This document shows, piece by piece, positions 12,421 to 26,065 of a stretch of DNA of 64,000 nt (positions are counted from its first letter, which is position 1; the number at the start of each line of letters is the position of its first letter). A model generated the notes under the pieces. The model was given only the letters and a program-made list of their open reading frames with translations. It made no database searches and had not been told where the DNA came from. Made by a program: the position numbers and the translations under genes. The stretch is from Lama glama (Eukaryota), in the NCBI GenBank assembly GCA_028534125.1, contig CM052832.1:6450001-6514000 (forward strand). Reading direction: 5' to 3'.

Positions 12421-13610
12421 GTAACCTGATAGAATTCTGATCTCGGACCCCAGGTTTAAGGTTATCTAGTCAGGCCTGCCCGTTCCACATGCACCCCGCT
12501 TCAGTGCAGGAATCCCTTCTCCAATATCCTTGATGGTGGTCCACAGACCTGGGCTTAAACTGCTCCTCTGATAGAGAGAATATGGTACTGTTGAAGAGCT
12601 CCAGCTAGCTGAATTCTTCTGTCTGGGTCCACATAGAACACGCCCCCTTTCCTTCGAACTGGAGCTGTCATGTGCCATCTGGTTTTCCCTAGAATAAACA
12701 TCCCTTGTTCCTTCAGCAGCTCCTCATGTGACTTGTTGCCTTGTTCCCCCATCAGTCTGGTTATTATTGGGTTCTTGTCCCTCTGAATAAACTTTCATTT
12801 GGCAAAGTCCTTAAAGCCCCACCAGTTCATTCAGACGGGGTTTAATTGGCGTAGAACGTCCCAGGATGCTTCCAGTATGGGCAGCAAACTACCCAGGGAC
12901 CTTAGATAACTTAACCATTTATGACCTTCAAGCCAAATAGGGCCCCAAACATTTGGACATTTGCAGACTGGAGCCAGATGAGTTCCCATGTTCAAAATGT
13001 GAATAGAACCAAGTCATTTTATTTTACTTGTAGCTGTTGGGTTCTTGTGCTTATAAATACGTGCAAAATTAAATTGCTTCCTCAATAGGGAACTGCTTCT
13101 TATTTTGCTCTTTTGACCATATCTCTTTTCTTAGGTTGTGAAATGATCACACAAGAGTTGAACCTACTGTGCCCAAGATAAGAGGCTTTAGATAGGTTTG
13201 CAGAAGTCGCTTAAGGGTTACACATTTGAGATCATGTCCATTGTAAGTTTTGATTCCATTAGCTAATGTGCTAGAAAGGAAATAACATTATTAGAATAGA
13301 TATTATCTTTTCTCTTTCCTAGTTTCAATATTAGCAAGTATGAAGTAGGATTTTTTTTGCTTTTTGCTGATGCTTTTAAACGGAATCATATATCTTCTCT
13401 AAAGGTGGAACCAAAATTGAAGATGTTGAGTTGAGTTTCAGGCTTTACTATTTAAAAAATTGTTGATTTTTTTTTACAGTAAATATTCTCATTGATTTCA
13501 AGTATTGGGAAAGAGAAAAGCAGAAAGAGGAATTTAAAAATTACCTTTAGTTTCTAACCCTGGGAAACTCTCTAAAGGAGATAAACTTTGTAAACATTTC
13601 TATTTCTTTT

Positions 13611-13745
13611 TTTTTTTCATATACACACTCATTGTCACATTTTTTTCTCTGTGATTTATCATAACATTTTGTGTATATTTCCCTGTGCTATACAGTGTAA
13701 TCTTGTTTATCTATTCTACAATTTTGAAATCCCAGTCTATCCCTT
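13611..13745 (-). mobile_element. Short young L1 3' end with TSD
   Basis: 'tatttccctgtgctatacag' L1 tail; direct repeat AACATTTCTATTTCTTTT at 13593-13610 and 13746-13763. Confidence 0.85.
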
Positions 13746-16700
13746 AACATTTCTATTTCTTTTAATTTTGTTTCTTCTTATTTTTGTTGTTGTCGTCCCC
13801 TTCCCCCACTTCTTTTTTTCTTTTATGTATCTGGGACCATAGATAATTCTCTTAGTCCTCTACATAACATTTTACTTAATATTAAACAAATGCTTTTCAT
13901 GGTCATCCAATATACATCTTTCTTAAATATCTTCTGTCAATTATTTCTTATTAGTAAAGTAATACATTTTGTTTTAAAAAATGTGAAACACATTGGGGAA
14001 AAAAACACCTGTAATTCCGCCACCCTTATTATATTATTTAATAATCTTTTTAGTATGAATTTTTACCTGGTAATTTTATATTCTTTTTTTCAATTAAAAT
14101 TGTATGGTAAACAGTTTCCTAGGCCATAAAGAATGATTTTGTAAATATCATATTAAGAACTCAACTAAAATCTCATTAATGATATTCTCTCATGGTTTGA
14201 CATCTGTAGGGTTTCCACATGTGTTGGCTCTTGTAGAGTTGGAATAAACACTATAGGGCATTCCATTTTTAGGGTTTTACCTCCCTGTGTTGTGTATAAG
14301 ATTTTGCATGTCTGCTGATCTCAGAAATGTGCTGAGAAAGTCAGAGGATATGGACAATTTAAGGCTTGCCAATTTGCTGTCCAAAAATCAGGATACCTCT
14401 TTATACGCCCACTAGAATTGCTGACTTTGCTTTGGGAAGCTTAGCAGTGTTTAAGAATAGGCAAGTCCCGAGTTTCTAGCTTTTTGTTTACTAGTTATTG
14501 CTCCATCTGTCTAGTTACATCTTTCTCAAAAAAAAATGTTTGCCTTGGCTGGTGGTGGAGGTAATGGATTTTCAGACATTATGGTTATGGAGACTTCTGT
14601 ATCAAGGGTTTTAGTCTTGTCACATTGGATTCTCTAGTTCTAATTGCCCAAAGTCAATATTAGATTTTTCAGGGTCCTGGTTCTTTCATGTAAATCCATT
14701 TCTAGCCAAGTCACATCCCATGGTTGAAGAAGACACTTTTCCGCGGAAAGAGAACTGTGAGAAATAAAAGACTTCCTATGAATTATTCCTCTGTGTTCAG
14801 ATTTGGGAGCCTCATGGTCATCCTCTCAGAAATCTTAATAACCATCAGAGGATCAAAGAAGCCAGTGTCCCTGGAAGCCAGTGACTTACAGCTGATTATA
14901 GTAGTTCTTTGTTCAGAAAAGCAAGGAGGAATGTTTTCCTTTTAGCAACGTGGGAAACATTTGGTCCTCTTTACCTAAAATGCATAATGCGGCCATAGAA
15001 GATTGGTGGCTGCTTGTAATAAAATCACATAAGAGAACAGCTCATTTAAGAAACAAAGTTAGGGAAATGGATCAGAAACTAGTACATAGAACTATGAGAA
15101 ATTTCAAAAGATGAAGGATACTGGACTTTTTTTTTGGAAACAGCTTCATTCTATTTGGGGGAGAAAAGAACAAGAAAATGTTAAAGAGTAAGTGAAAATG
15201 TTTAAATGTCAGAAGGCAACATGTGAATTAAATGCAAGCAGCCGTGTGGAGCGGTGTGGTTTACAAGTGCTTGGGGGGCACTGGGGGAGGCTGATGCTGC
15301 CCTTGACTGAGCCGGGACCCCCGACTCAGGAGGGAGGAGGCCAGAGAGAGCGGGGAGGGTGGGCTTTGTCCGGAACTGACCCGAAGGCAGAGGGGCTTCA
15401 GCAGGGGCATCATCCCTGCCGCTCTGGGTGCTCCTGGGAGAAGAGCTGCCCCTCAACTGTAAGGAACAGGAAGGCGGGGTGAAGGAGGGGGTGTTCATTT
15501 AAAGAGAGAAGCCTTTCACCGAATGGAGAGAAGGGAGCTAAGGAGTAAAGAAGGGGCTGCCATGAATTCACAAGGACAGCCCGACTGCAGCCGTGGGTGT
15601 AGCTGTGCTAGTGCGCAGGTGGGGTTCCAGACCCCTCTCCTTTACATCCCCTGCTGCCCCCCAAACACGCACCACTGCACACATGCACGGGTCACTGGAC
15701 CAAGGACCCACACAGACCCCGTTCTGCCGTGCCCAAGTCATTCCTGGGTTAATTCAGCAGACGTTCATTGCATGTCTGGTAAGCAAGAGGCCCTCACGCG
15801 GGTGCAGCGGGACATACATAGCCCTGCCTGCGGGACACAGGTCCACACTCGGGTGTATTGCGTGCAAGCGTCTCTCACTCACTGTTGTCTGAAGCTTGGC
15901 CACCAGAGCCAGAGGGCGCGGGGGTAGCCAGAGTGGATCACTGCCCCATGGGATCTGATTTGGGGAACATTAAAAGTCCCTCTTTTTCTCCAAAACATCT
16001 CGCCCCACTAGCATATGATTCTTTCCTTTAGGGTAACTTTTGGGGAACTTTGAGAAGGAGCCTGCAGGAGAAAGGGCTGTAATTTGGAAGTTGATGAGGG
16101 AAAACTCCTGAACACCCCAGGACCTCTTAGCAGCTTGTTAGGTTAGGAGCTGTCACCTGGAGAAGCCAAGGTCAAGAGCTGAGGGTGTGGTACATTTGGT
16201 AATTATGGAGAGGCAGGCCAGGATGGTGAACCACAGGGGATGATGCCCCAGCATTACCAGATCACTAATAACCTGAAAAGGAAAGGAAGGGCAGTGAACA
16301 CAAAGTTCCCTAAAAAATGTGCAAGAAATGCTAATTATAGTGCTCAGGGAAATGAGACCCCTAATGAAACCCATAAGATTGGATCAGCAGAACCACCTGG
16401 GGCCAAAGGACATGGGGAACACGAGTGACATCAACCTGCAAAGGAAAAGACTTCCTGTTGTCTCAGGGTCTTGCCGGACTCAGCTTTATTTAGTTAACAA
16501 TTATTGAGCAACTACTTCCCTGCTGCCAATGCAGGAGGCTAGGAATGCAAAATGCGTATGTTAATGTTTCGTTTAGCTACGGGCAGATCCACTGTTTTCC
16601 TCCATCTGGAGACACCACACATGGCTTCTAAGTTTGCTCTATGGGGGGAAAAGGAAGGGCTGGAGATTTAAGTGTCCTAGACCAGCTTCCATTCAAATGC

Positions 16701-16939
16701 CCATTTATCAGCAATCAGTCCCATGGCCCCCTCCTGCCACGAGGGAGGCCAGGGAATTCCGGGAAGCACATAGATATTCAGAAGCATGAATTTCTGTGCC
16801 ATGAGCCTACATCTTCCTGCAGAATAACTATGCCAACTAGTTAGCACCCCACGAGAATCAGTGGGACCAACACCCACATGGATCGTTAAACGTGGCTCAG
16901 ATCGTGCTAGTAACCAATGTATGAGAAACTACTGGAATT

Positions 16940-17660
16940 CATAATTTATTCACTCAGCAGGTGTCTATCAGTGCCTGCTGTGTATCAAGCACTGTTCTAG
17001 GTCCTGGAAATACAGCAGGTGAGAAAAAAAACAGTCCACATTTGTTACACTCACAGAACTGACTTTCTGGTGGAGGAAGATAAAAAAAATTAACAAATAA
17101 TTAGCAAGTAATCCAGAGCATATTCTTTGGCCATAAATATTATAGAGAAAAATAAAACACATGGGAGAAATAGGGCATGTGTTGGTGTGGAGAGAGGGTA
17201 GGGCTGTAATTTTAAATTGATCAGGGAAAGCCTCAATTAGGTGAGGGTAACATGGAAGTGAAAACCTAGGGGTGAGGGAGCCAGTCATCTGGGTATCTTG
17301 GCAAAGAGTCTTCCCGGAAGAGGGACGCAGGTACAGATCCCAAGGTGGGGCAGGGCGTGCCTGGTATGTTTGGTGAGTGACAGGGAAGACGTGGGTGTGT
17401 GGTGAAGGCGCAAGACGGGCAGGGACGGCATGAGGAGTCTGCTGAGTGCAGACGGTGTAGAGCCCTCTGTGTTACCTTAAGGTCTGTGGCTTCTGCTCTA
17501 TGTGATATGAAGCCACCTGGGGGATCCCAGCAGGGGAGTGCCAGGGTCACTCTGGCTGTTGTGTTGGGATTAGACCATAGAGGCGAGGGGAGAAGCAGGG
17601 AGACCAGTTAGAGGTTATTCTGATTCAAGAGAGAGAGAAATGATGATGGCTTGGACCATT
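16940..17660. mobile_element. L2 LINE fragment
   Basis: 'ttattcactcagcaggtgtctatcagtgcctgctgtgtatcaagcactgttctagg' ... 'gagaccagttagaggttatt...gatgatggcttggacc'. Confidence 0.8.
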
Positions 17661-18437
17661 TCCATCACCCCCAAAAGCTGAGGGGGGAAAATTTTAAAGG
17701 GGAAAAAGTGATGCACAAATATAAGATAGTTTTTGCCAGTCAGTTGCTACCGTAGGGCCTCATTGTAATGTCATTTATTATTACCACGAGTCTGGTTTTA
17801 TTCAGACATTTTAGTCAGACATTTATTCCACACCAACTGCGCACCAAGCCCCCTATAGGGCCCTGGGGACGGCAAGTAAGATCTGACTTCTACCTTTGGG
17901 AAGCTCTCAGTGTGGCAGGATTATAGATCATGGAAAATATAACATCACCAGCACCAAAAACAATGCCAGCTGCGGCAACATGATTATTTTATAAATACGT
18001 TGGGAACATTAGCTAAAACGTATTGAGTGTTTACTTTGTGTTAGACATGTGCCTGTGGGTGCTATTATGACTATGATATGCAATTGTTGTAATTATTCTA
18101 TTTTGATGGTCTCCCTTATAACCAAACTAGACTGGTACAAAGTTTGTGTAACCTTATATAACAGCTTAAAAATGTTATTTCTGTGCTCTGCAGCCCAGCG
18201 TTACCAAGGACTCTGACACCCTAGTGCTGGTCAAAAACCCATTCCAGAAAATGCATGCACCACTTTTTCCAAAATCTCTTCTCCCCTTAATAACATACAA
18301 AATCATGTTACTAGTACCTTCATCTCCCTGGTTTGCCAGCCTACATAAGTCTTCTTTATTGCATGTCTTTTTTTTTTTTTCCTTTTAATAACCTGCCTTG
18401 AAGAAAGTTAAGCTGAAACGTCTGCTCGGCTTCCAAG

Positions 18438-18546
18438 ATGCTGCCGCCCAAATCGCATGCGCTTCTCTGCCTCTGCAGCTGCCTGGCACTGGTTCATCCT
18501 TTTGACTGGCAAGACCTAAATCCCATTGCCCAGATTAAATTATCAG
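18438..18546 (+). CDS. PLA2G7: PLA2G7 coding exon 1 (gene exon 2, acceptor ~18403): signal peptide MLPPKSHALLCLCSCLALVHPFDWQDLNPIAQIKLS
   Basis: ATG at 18438; matches the Lp-PLA2 N-terminus; donor G|GTAAGA, phase 1. Confidence 0.97.
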
Positions 18547-21414
18547 GTAAGAGGCAGATTTGTTCCAGGGCTTGAGCTACTGTTGCCAGCCTCCAGGTGG
18601 TCCCAGGGAAGTTGCGTGCGTGGGCTTCTAAGAAGATGGCAGTGGAGGGCCTCACTCTCTCCTCTTCCTACGAAAACTAGAGCAGCGCCTTCTTCTCCAA
18701 TGTCAGGACCGCAGGACGGCCCAGGAGGAGGCATTTTCAGACAAGCTGGAAACTCAGGTCCCAGTCACTGAGGAGAAGGTCCTCATCACCCCTTCTCTGC
18801 CTCACGGCCCTAACCCCCTCCTGCCCAATACAGTAACACACCTCACTTGGAGTGCCCCCAGAAGCAACCCCAAAACCCACCCCCACAAAGGTGAGGAAGA
18901 GGCAGGTGTCTCGATCAGCAGGTGTCGTCCCGTTTGGTGGTGGGAGAGGATGACAACTGAGAGTCTGGGATCTAGAGAGAGTCAACCTGTCTGTCTACTG
19001 ACAGGGAGAAGCAGAGACCAGTAGGCACTGGGAGCTCCAGATGAGAATAGATGTGAATCACTTGCTTTTATTTACCTCGCGGTGGGAGGCAAGGAAAGGA
19101 GGAAGGCTTAGACAGGCCCAGGAGTGTTGGCCAGAGTAGGACAGCCATCTCCAGAGGGGGGCATCTGCCATCACCTAGAAGGACCTTGATTTCAAAACGA
19201 TTACGTCTGGGGCTTCGTGACCTCCTGCTAATGCCAGAGGGTTGTGATGCATGAACGCCTCTATCTGGTCCCCTCAGGGGAGCAGGGCAGGGTGGCCTCT
19301 GAAAGGTGCCCTGTTGTCTGTACCCACAGACTCACACACCTGAGTAGATAAGGCTGCTCTGAACCTCGTTGTTCAGGCTGGATGGGTGACTCCTTACTGT
19401 GACATTTCGAAAAGATATTTCATAACTCAGTGCCTTATAAATTTTGCCCTGCTTCATAGTTGAGAAAATGAATGCATCAGTGTCGGGGGAAATAAATGAA
19501 GAGGAAGTTTATCTTATATTCACATCTGCCTAGCAGGTGGCATCATATCTCACAGGTCCATTCATGTAACAACTCTTATCAGGAAGCTGAGGTATGAGGA
19601 ACACAATGGTGACTAAGACAAAGGGCTTACATTCAAGGAGCTGACAGCCTGATTAAATTCATTTTCCCATTACCTTTTCCATCAATTGGGAACAGGTAAT
19701 ATCTTACATGATGAGCAAATTCTCACCGAGGAGACATTTATATCACTTTCTATTGGTACAGGGTGGGAATTTCAAAACATGTTCTATGTCCCCTTGTGTC
19801 TGAAAATCATTGGAAAGCTATTGTGGGACAGACAAACTGCAAGACACTGCGTTATTCATCTCTTGATATCCAAAAATAAATGCATAAATATTTTTTAAAT
19901 TAGAAATAGTTTTTCAATAAAAGATGAAAATAATAGATGATTATTTGTATTATTCTTACTAAATGGAGCCATAGAAAATACGGTTATGCAGGTAAAATGT
20001 TTATAAGCAAGGCTAGAGATATCCCATTTGCCAATGGAGGACGTAAGGCCATATAAAAAATGTAATTTTCCTGACATGTGTACAGTCCATCTCCAACCCC
20101 AGGAATGGTTATCAGGATTATCTGACAAATGAATGTCACCAAAAATGTATAATAAGATTAATAACATACCTTAGGTTCTAACGCTCCTATTAAAATAACG
20201 CTGGATTAAAGTAGGAAGTGACATAAATTTATAAGTTCTGAACCACAAAACTAAGTCCTCTAGAGAGTGGCCATTCCACCTGGCACGTCTCCTCCCTGCC
20301 TCTTCCTTTGTGGTGAGTCCTGACAGATGGTTTGAGGACAGGAAATCCAGAACCATAACCAGATTAGCTGCAGGCTGGTGAACCTTTTCTGCAGCTGCCC
20401 TGGCACTAACCAGCCACAGGGACCTGGAGATCTATAACCCCAACCTGGGTCAGCGCCAAGTTTCCCGAGACCATCTCAGGGGTCAGGCGTCTTGGGATGG
20501 GCAGACCTGCGGCCTCCCCTTGACCCGGGCTCCTGATTGCTGACGGATGCTTTTTGGCAGAGCAAGTATTAGAAGACCAGGGCGCTCCTTGGGTGATGAG
20601 ACAAGGTTCCCAGGGCCCGGGTGGAACTGAGATCTCACAAGGGGAGCCTTGTGCACCTTGGAACCTTCCCAAGGCTCTAGAACTGAACTCCCAGCTCCAG
20701 AGGTGGCGCCTCCGAGGCGGCTGCGAGTTCTCCGGGGCCCCTCAGCAAGTCAGCGAGCCCGGCCATGGCTGCCCGTGGGCGGGGCCGCCGCGGGGCACGG
20801 GCTGCTCCTCCCCGAAGGCCTACCCTGCCGCCCTCTGGGCTCTACGTCTGCCCGTTACCTCACGAAGGACCGCTCAGTAGACAGTCTTAAATGGGAGTAA
20901 AAAAGCCTTTTGTAATTCTAAATAGACCCTAAAATGTTAGCCTTACAGGTAAAGCTTTCTGAAGAGTTGTTTCTGAGGAAATGCCTTGGGTTTTGGATCT
21001 ACCCAGAGCAAAATGGCATGGCCTCGTTTAGATCTGCTACAACCCCTTTTAGGGCTTGAGTTTGGGTAGCCAGAGCCAACTAACTCTAGGGAAGGGGCGA
21101 ACACTACCAGCGGTCTGCCTGTTCCGTGTTCTGTGTGGGCTGCTTGGCTTATATTATCACTTTATCCTTACAAGTATCCTGGGGGCTGGCCAAGTGCTTT
21201 ACCCCCACTTCACCAATGAGGATCAGAGAGGGGAGTACATTGCCTAGGCCAGAGCGTCCTAGCTTGTCAGATGGACAGCTGGAATCCAAAATGGGATCAC
21301 CTGGCTCTAATACCAGGGTCCATTCATCTCAGCCACTGTCTTCCTCGGAACTAGCCCCTGTCACTTGGCCAGGAATTGTTGAACGTGTGTCAGACCAGGT
21401 GGGCTGGTACCTTA

Positions 21415-21550
21415 GCCCAGTACTTCTTATACTTGGATAGGCATGGCTTTTCTGATTCAGTGGAATCCAGGTGAGGCCTAAGAGCCTCCTTTCCAAACTC
21501 CCAGGTGATGCAGTGATGCTGGTCCATGGACCAACTTTGAGTAGCAAGGC
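21415..21550. mobile_element. MER5A-like DNA transposon fragment
   Basis: 'aaactcccaggtgatgcagtgatgctggtccatggaccaactttgagtagcaagg'. Confidence 0.7.
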
Positions 21551-22207
21551 CTTATGTATGGAAATGCTCATCCCTGGCGGGGGCTTCACACAAGTCATCC
21601 ACGTGGAGGATGTAATGGGCGTCTTCTCATGACTCAAAACCTTTCTGAGTGATGCCCTATGGTATTGATGTGGGTACCACACCTAATATCGTTCTCAGGG
21701 TCTACATGGTAGAGGCAGAGTGTGGTGGGAAGCACGGGGGACTCCATCTGGCAAAGTCATCACCTCTCACAGTCCAGTGGAGGGAAAAGAGCAGGCGGGC
21801 TGAATCGGGAAGAGCCAAAGTCTAGATACACTGACACGTGGTCTCACCATCCTGAGAGCATCCTGGACTTGACTAGGGGTTAGGAAGGAGGAGAACAGGT
21901 GAAACTTCGGGTGTGTTGAAGGGATTTGGCACCAAAGAGAGAAGACCTCTCAAGTGTGGGCAGGTGAAAAAATATATGCCACCAAGCATTTGGCAGAAAC
22001 AAAAGAGACCCAGCGACAGCGAACAACTTGGTTCAGCTCTTTTCATAAATATTTATTGGGCACCGATTATGTGCCAGATGCTAGGATCTGAGGATACAGA
22101 GATGTGGATACAGCTCTTATGAAACAGCCTTGTGTGAGGGACAGAGTGTGTAAACACATAATTTTAATATGATAAGAATGATAAAAATATATACAGGGAA
22201 TTGATTT

Positions 22208-22376
22208 TTTTTTTTTTTTTAGAATTTAGGCTTTTAAAAAAATTGAAGTATAGTTGATTTACAATGTTGTTTTAGTTTCGGGTGTACAGCAAAGTGATTC
22301 AGTTATATGCACATACATATGTTTTTCAGATTCTTTTCCATTATAAGTTAGTACCAGATACTGATTATACTTCCTC
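22208..22376 (-). mobile_element. Short L1 3' end with TSD
   Basis: Poly-T then 'ttgaagtatagttgatttacaatgttg'; TSD CAGGGAATTGATTT at 22194-22207 and 22377-22390. Confidence 0.85.
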
Positions 22377-23636
22377 CAGGGAATTGATTTAATACTGAGG
22401 ATGAAATGATTAAGTCTAGGGGATCAAGGAAGGCTTCTGAGAAGGCCTGACATCCAATCAAGATGTTAAAGGCTGAACAGGAGTTTGCCCTGGGGATTTT
22501 AAACACGGGGAATAGCCTTTACTAAGGTGCAGAGGCATCGGAAAAGCCCAGTGTGTCACTGGGGAGCGCTGAACACATGGAAGGGAGATAAAGAGGAAGA
22601 GTAGGAGGCGGTGGACCTCCCGGTCATGGAGGGTCTCTTACAGTGCCCGGGAATTTGGGGTTCAGCTTGTGTACCTGGGAACCTCTATGAGTTTCAACCC
22701 CAGAACACTGGAAAGATAAGCCACACCATGCTGGAAGACATGTGTAGATTTACATACAGCCTCCAAAACCCCCTTCCAGAAAGATTCCAATATATTCTCT
22801 TGTCAAGAAAAAAACACCGGGTGAGAGGAAGGCACAGAAGGATTTTAAGAATTGCCTGCTGAGATTTGTCCTTTAAATCACTGCAGGAGCTGTGTGAAGG
22901 ACGCATTTGAAGGATGCGTTCAAGGTGAAGAGGACACCCAGGAGAGATGGCAATTGTCTGGTTAGGAGACAGTGAAGGTGTAAATGAGACAGTTGAGCTA
23001 CAGGGTTAGGAACATATTGGAGAGAGAATTCTAAGCTAAAAACAAACATTGGAAACTGAAACTTGGATGGCGGGGGTTGGGGAGAAAGAGTTAGGAAAGT
23101 AGCATGATTTGCAGGTTTCTGTCTTGGGCGACCCAAGTTAGGGAGTTCTGGGGCTGTGGGCTGTGTGGTTGGGGAATGAAGGAGGGGAGTTAGGAGATGG
23201 TCCTTTAGTTTCATTTTGGACCATGGGCTTTGCCGTTCCTTATGGGAAGGATGTCAGATGGAGATACCCAAGGGGAAGCGGCAAGCCCAAATCTGAAATG
23301 TAAGATCAAGTTCACGTTTAGGCAAAACCGATTTGGGAGGTGGTTTTTCATATGCTCTGGATCAGAGTAGAAGCTAAGGGCAAGGCTGTAAGCATTAGGA
23401 GGTGATGATCCTTAGCATCTTGGGTGAAGTTCTACGTCTACGTCCACCTTTCCCCCACACGGCCCTTTGCACGCAGCAGGCCCTCAATGATTGTGTGTGT
23501 GTTTTATTCGTTAGTGAAGAAATGAAGGAGGCCAGAGACATGATGGGAAGACACTTGATTCCCTTGGAGTTTCTTTGCATAATAAGATCTGGAGTATAAT
23601 GGATGACAAGTGAGGGACTATTGACCTGTTTTCCAG

Positions 23637-23758
23637 CCTGGGTCAATAAAATACAAGGTCTGATGGCTGCTGCAAGCTTTGGCCGAACGAAAATCCCCAG
23701 AGGAAATGGATCTTATGCCGTTGGTTGTACAGACTTGATGTTTGATTACACAGATAAG
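23637..23758 (+). CDS. PLA2G7: PLA2G7 coding exon 2: (A)WVNKIQGLMAAASFGRTKIPRGNGSYAVGCTDLMFDYTDK
   Basis: ttccag| acceptor and AAG|gtaatg donor; 122 nt; frame continuous. Confidence 0.97.
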
Positions 23759-23887
23759 GTAATGCTTTGATTCGTACCACTTTTCCTTATATTCTAATAT
23801 TGACTGTGGCTGTGGCCCACTAGAAGGTTTTGAAATTTGACCTTGCCCTCCCCTGAGAGGAACTCATTTTGCCTTTTGGGAACCTTT

Positions 23888-24008
23888 AAAAAAATTTTTT
23901 TTGTGGGATAACTAGGTTATTTATTTTTTAATGTAGGTACTGGGGATTGAACCCAGGACTTCGTGCATGCTGGGCACGTGCTCTACCACTGAGCTACACC
24001 CTCCCCGC
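23888..24008 (-). mobile_element. tRNA-Ala-derived SINE (camelid vic-1-type)
   Basis: Reverse complement GGGGAGGGTGTAGCTCAGTGGTAGAGCACGTG...GGGTTCAATCCCCAG has A and B boxes and an A-rich tail; imperfect TSD TGGGAACCTTT/TGGGAGCCTTT (23877-23887, 24009-24019). Confidence 0.85.
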
Positions 24009-24270
24009 TGGGAGCCTTTTGCTAGTTAAATCATTCCTGGTTTGTTGCTGTCATCAGATTAACTTCTGTATAAACTCTCTTTCCCCCCTACCCCTTCTCT
24101 AACAACAGAAACCAGGCTGCTCATACTCATTCACTCAGAAAACATATTGTTCTTTTTCTCTTCATTTTGACTATATTTGGGTCCCTACTAATTAGATATG
24201 CAAAATAGCTGTTGGATTAGGTTTGAGAAGCCACTTGACTAAAAGTAACCTTAATTTCTTTCCTCTACAG

Positions 24271-24415
24271 GGCACCTTCTTGCGTTTGTATTACCCATCC
24301 CAAGGTGACAATCGCTCTGACACCCTTTGGATCCCAAACAAAGAATATTTTTGGGGTCTCAGTAAATTTCTTGGAACACACTGGATGATGGGCAAAATTT
24401 TGAGCTTTTTCTTTG
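24271..24415 (+). CDS. PLA2G7: PLA2G7 coding exon 3: GTFLRLYYPSQGDNRSDTLWIPNKEYFWGLSKFLGTHWMMGKILSFFF(G)
   Basis: Canonical AG/GT; 145 nt; also visible in the ORF track. Confidence 0.97.
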
Positions 24416-25971
24416 GTAAGATTTCTGTTGCTCTAGAATCTAAGAAAAATACTGGGAAAGAGCAAGCGTGGCAGGCAGTTAAAGACCCAGGTAGATGGTC
24501 TCCAGTCTAAACGTCTCCTAAGAAGACACACTTGTTTCTTAAAAGGCCAGGTAACTATCTGAGAATCGAGGGTTCTCATTTTGTCCATCCTGAATGTGAT
24601 GGGGTAGGTGGAGGGAGTGGAAGCATCAGACTTTCAGACCGGCTCTAACATCTCTTTGTGGCTGGTCTTACTTTTCCTTCTCACATACTCGGGGAGGGTG
24701 GCAACGATACGGTGAACTAGCAGCTGGGCTGGCGTGACCACCACCTGTGTACATGCTCTGTGCTAAGGTGCTTTCCACAGTCAGGAAAAAGGGAAGGAAA
24801 GCTGAAGCCATCATGACTGTCCAGATCCAAAACAAAGGAGTAAAAGCTGTTTCTTACTCATTATAAACAGGGATCTCAGTCTTCTTCCCATCGCCCACCC
24901 CCAGGGGCCAACCTTTCTCCCTAGGACCATCTGATGAGCTTTCATCACTTCATTTGTCTGCATTTCACTGATGCTCATTTGTTCTTCCTTATCTGTCTGA
25001 CTAGACACTACTGTGGGGCTGGTGTTAACTATGTCTTCGAATTCTCCCTCAAAACTGCCTGTAACCTTCGGCATTCATTTTAAACATCTCCTTGGAATTT
25101 TCTTAAGAACCACTTTATGATAGAAATGATGAAAACCCTGTAAGTACACACCGTTATGGTGCTGAGTAATACCTAAGTCACTTCCCCAGCTGTCATCACA
25201 TTCACTTCCGATGAGCACACCTCCATTTGCCGATGAGAAAGCGAAACACAAATGATGGATGGTAATGATGACAATGACAAGTGGGAAGTGAAGGAAAAGA
25301 CAGTATCTTCCATTCTTGAGCCCTTTACTAGGTAACTGGATAGGTACCCTTTACACATATTCGTATTTAAATATATTTCTCACAAAACCCCTATGAGGTC
25401 AATATCATTTCCTTCATTTTACAGAAGAGGAGTCTGAAGGTCAGAGAGTTCTCTGAACTTGCCCAAGGTCAGAAGCAAGTGAGTGTTAGAGCTGCGTCCA
25501 AAGCTACATCTGAGTGTGAAGTCAAAGGTCTTTCCACCTTTCTCTTGACCACGGTCAGGTTAGAATGAGAGGAGTCTCTGATTCAGAGGTTCTGGGTCTC
25601 AGTGAAATTAATGTTCCTGAGGTTTACTAGTAGTTTGGTTCAGATTTCCTTTGAAGTTTTGCCAAAATCTGGTATCAGTGATAAGTACCAGCCTTCCTGA
25701 ATACACCTCTAAGTAGGAAAATGTCCCACCTCAATTTCAGACCTGGCGGTGAGAACTGATAATGGATGACCCTGTGGTCTTAGGAAAAACGCATGGTTCA
25801 GGCCCTTGGTTGGTGGATCTCTAGCAGAAGACTTTGTAATGAGTTTACTCTTAATGCACAAACACATAAATTTCATGGGTCAGGATTTTACGCTGTGGAG
25901 ATGCACATTAAATTAACCAGCAACATTCAAGTCAGAGAAAGCACTCATTATAATCTCCCGCTGCTGTCTAG

Positions 25972-26065
25972 GTTCAATGACAACTCCTGCAGCCTGGAAT
26001 TCCCCTCTGAGGACTGGTGAAAAATACCCACTAATCATTTTTTCACATGGTCTTGGAGCCTTCAG
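25972..26065 (+). CDS. PLA2G7: PLA2G7 coding exon 4: (G)[30 protein letters not shown](R)
   Basis: Canonical AG/GT; 94 nt; oxyanion-loop FSHGLG motif. Confidence 0.97.

Noticed and set aside
23930..24008. tRNA-Ala-like sequence as a tRNA gene
   Set aside because: It has an A-rich tail, a TSD and degenerate stems, so it is a SINE.
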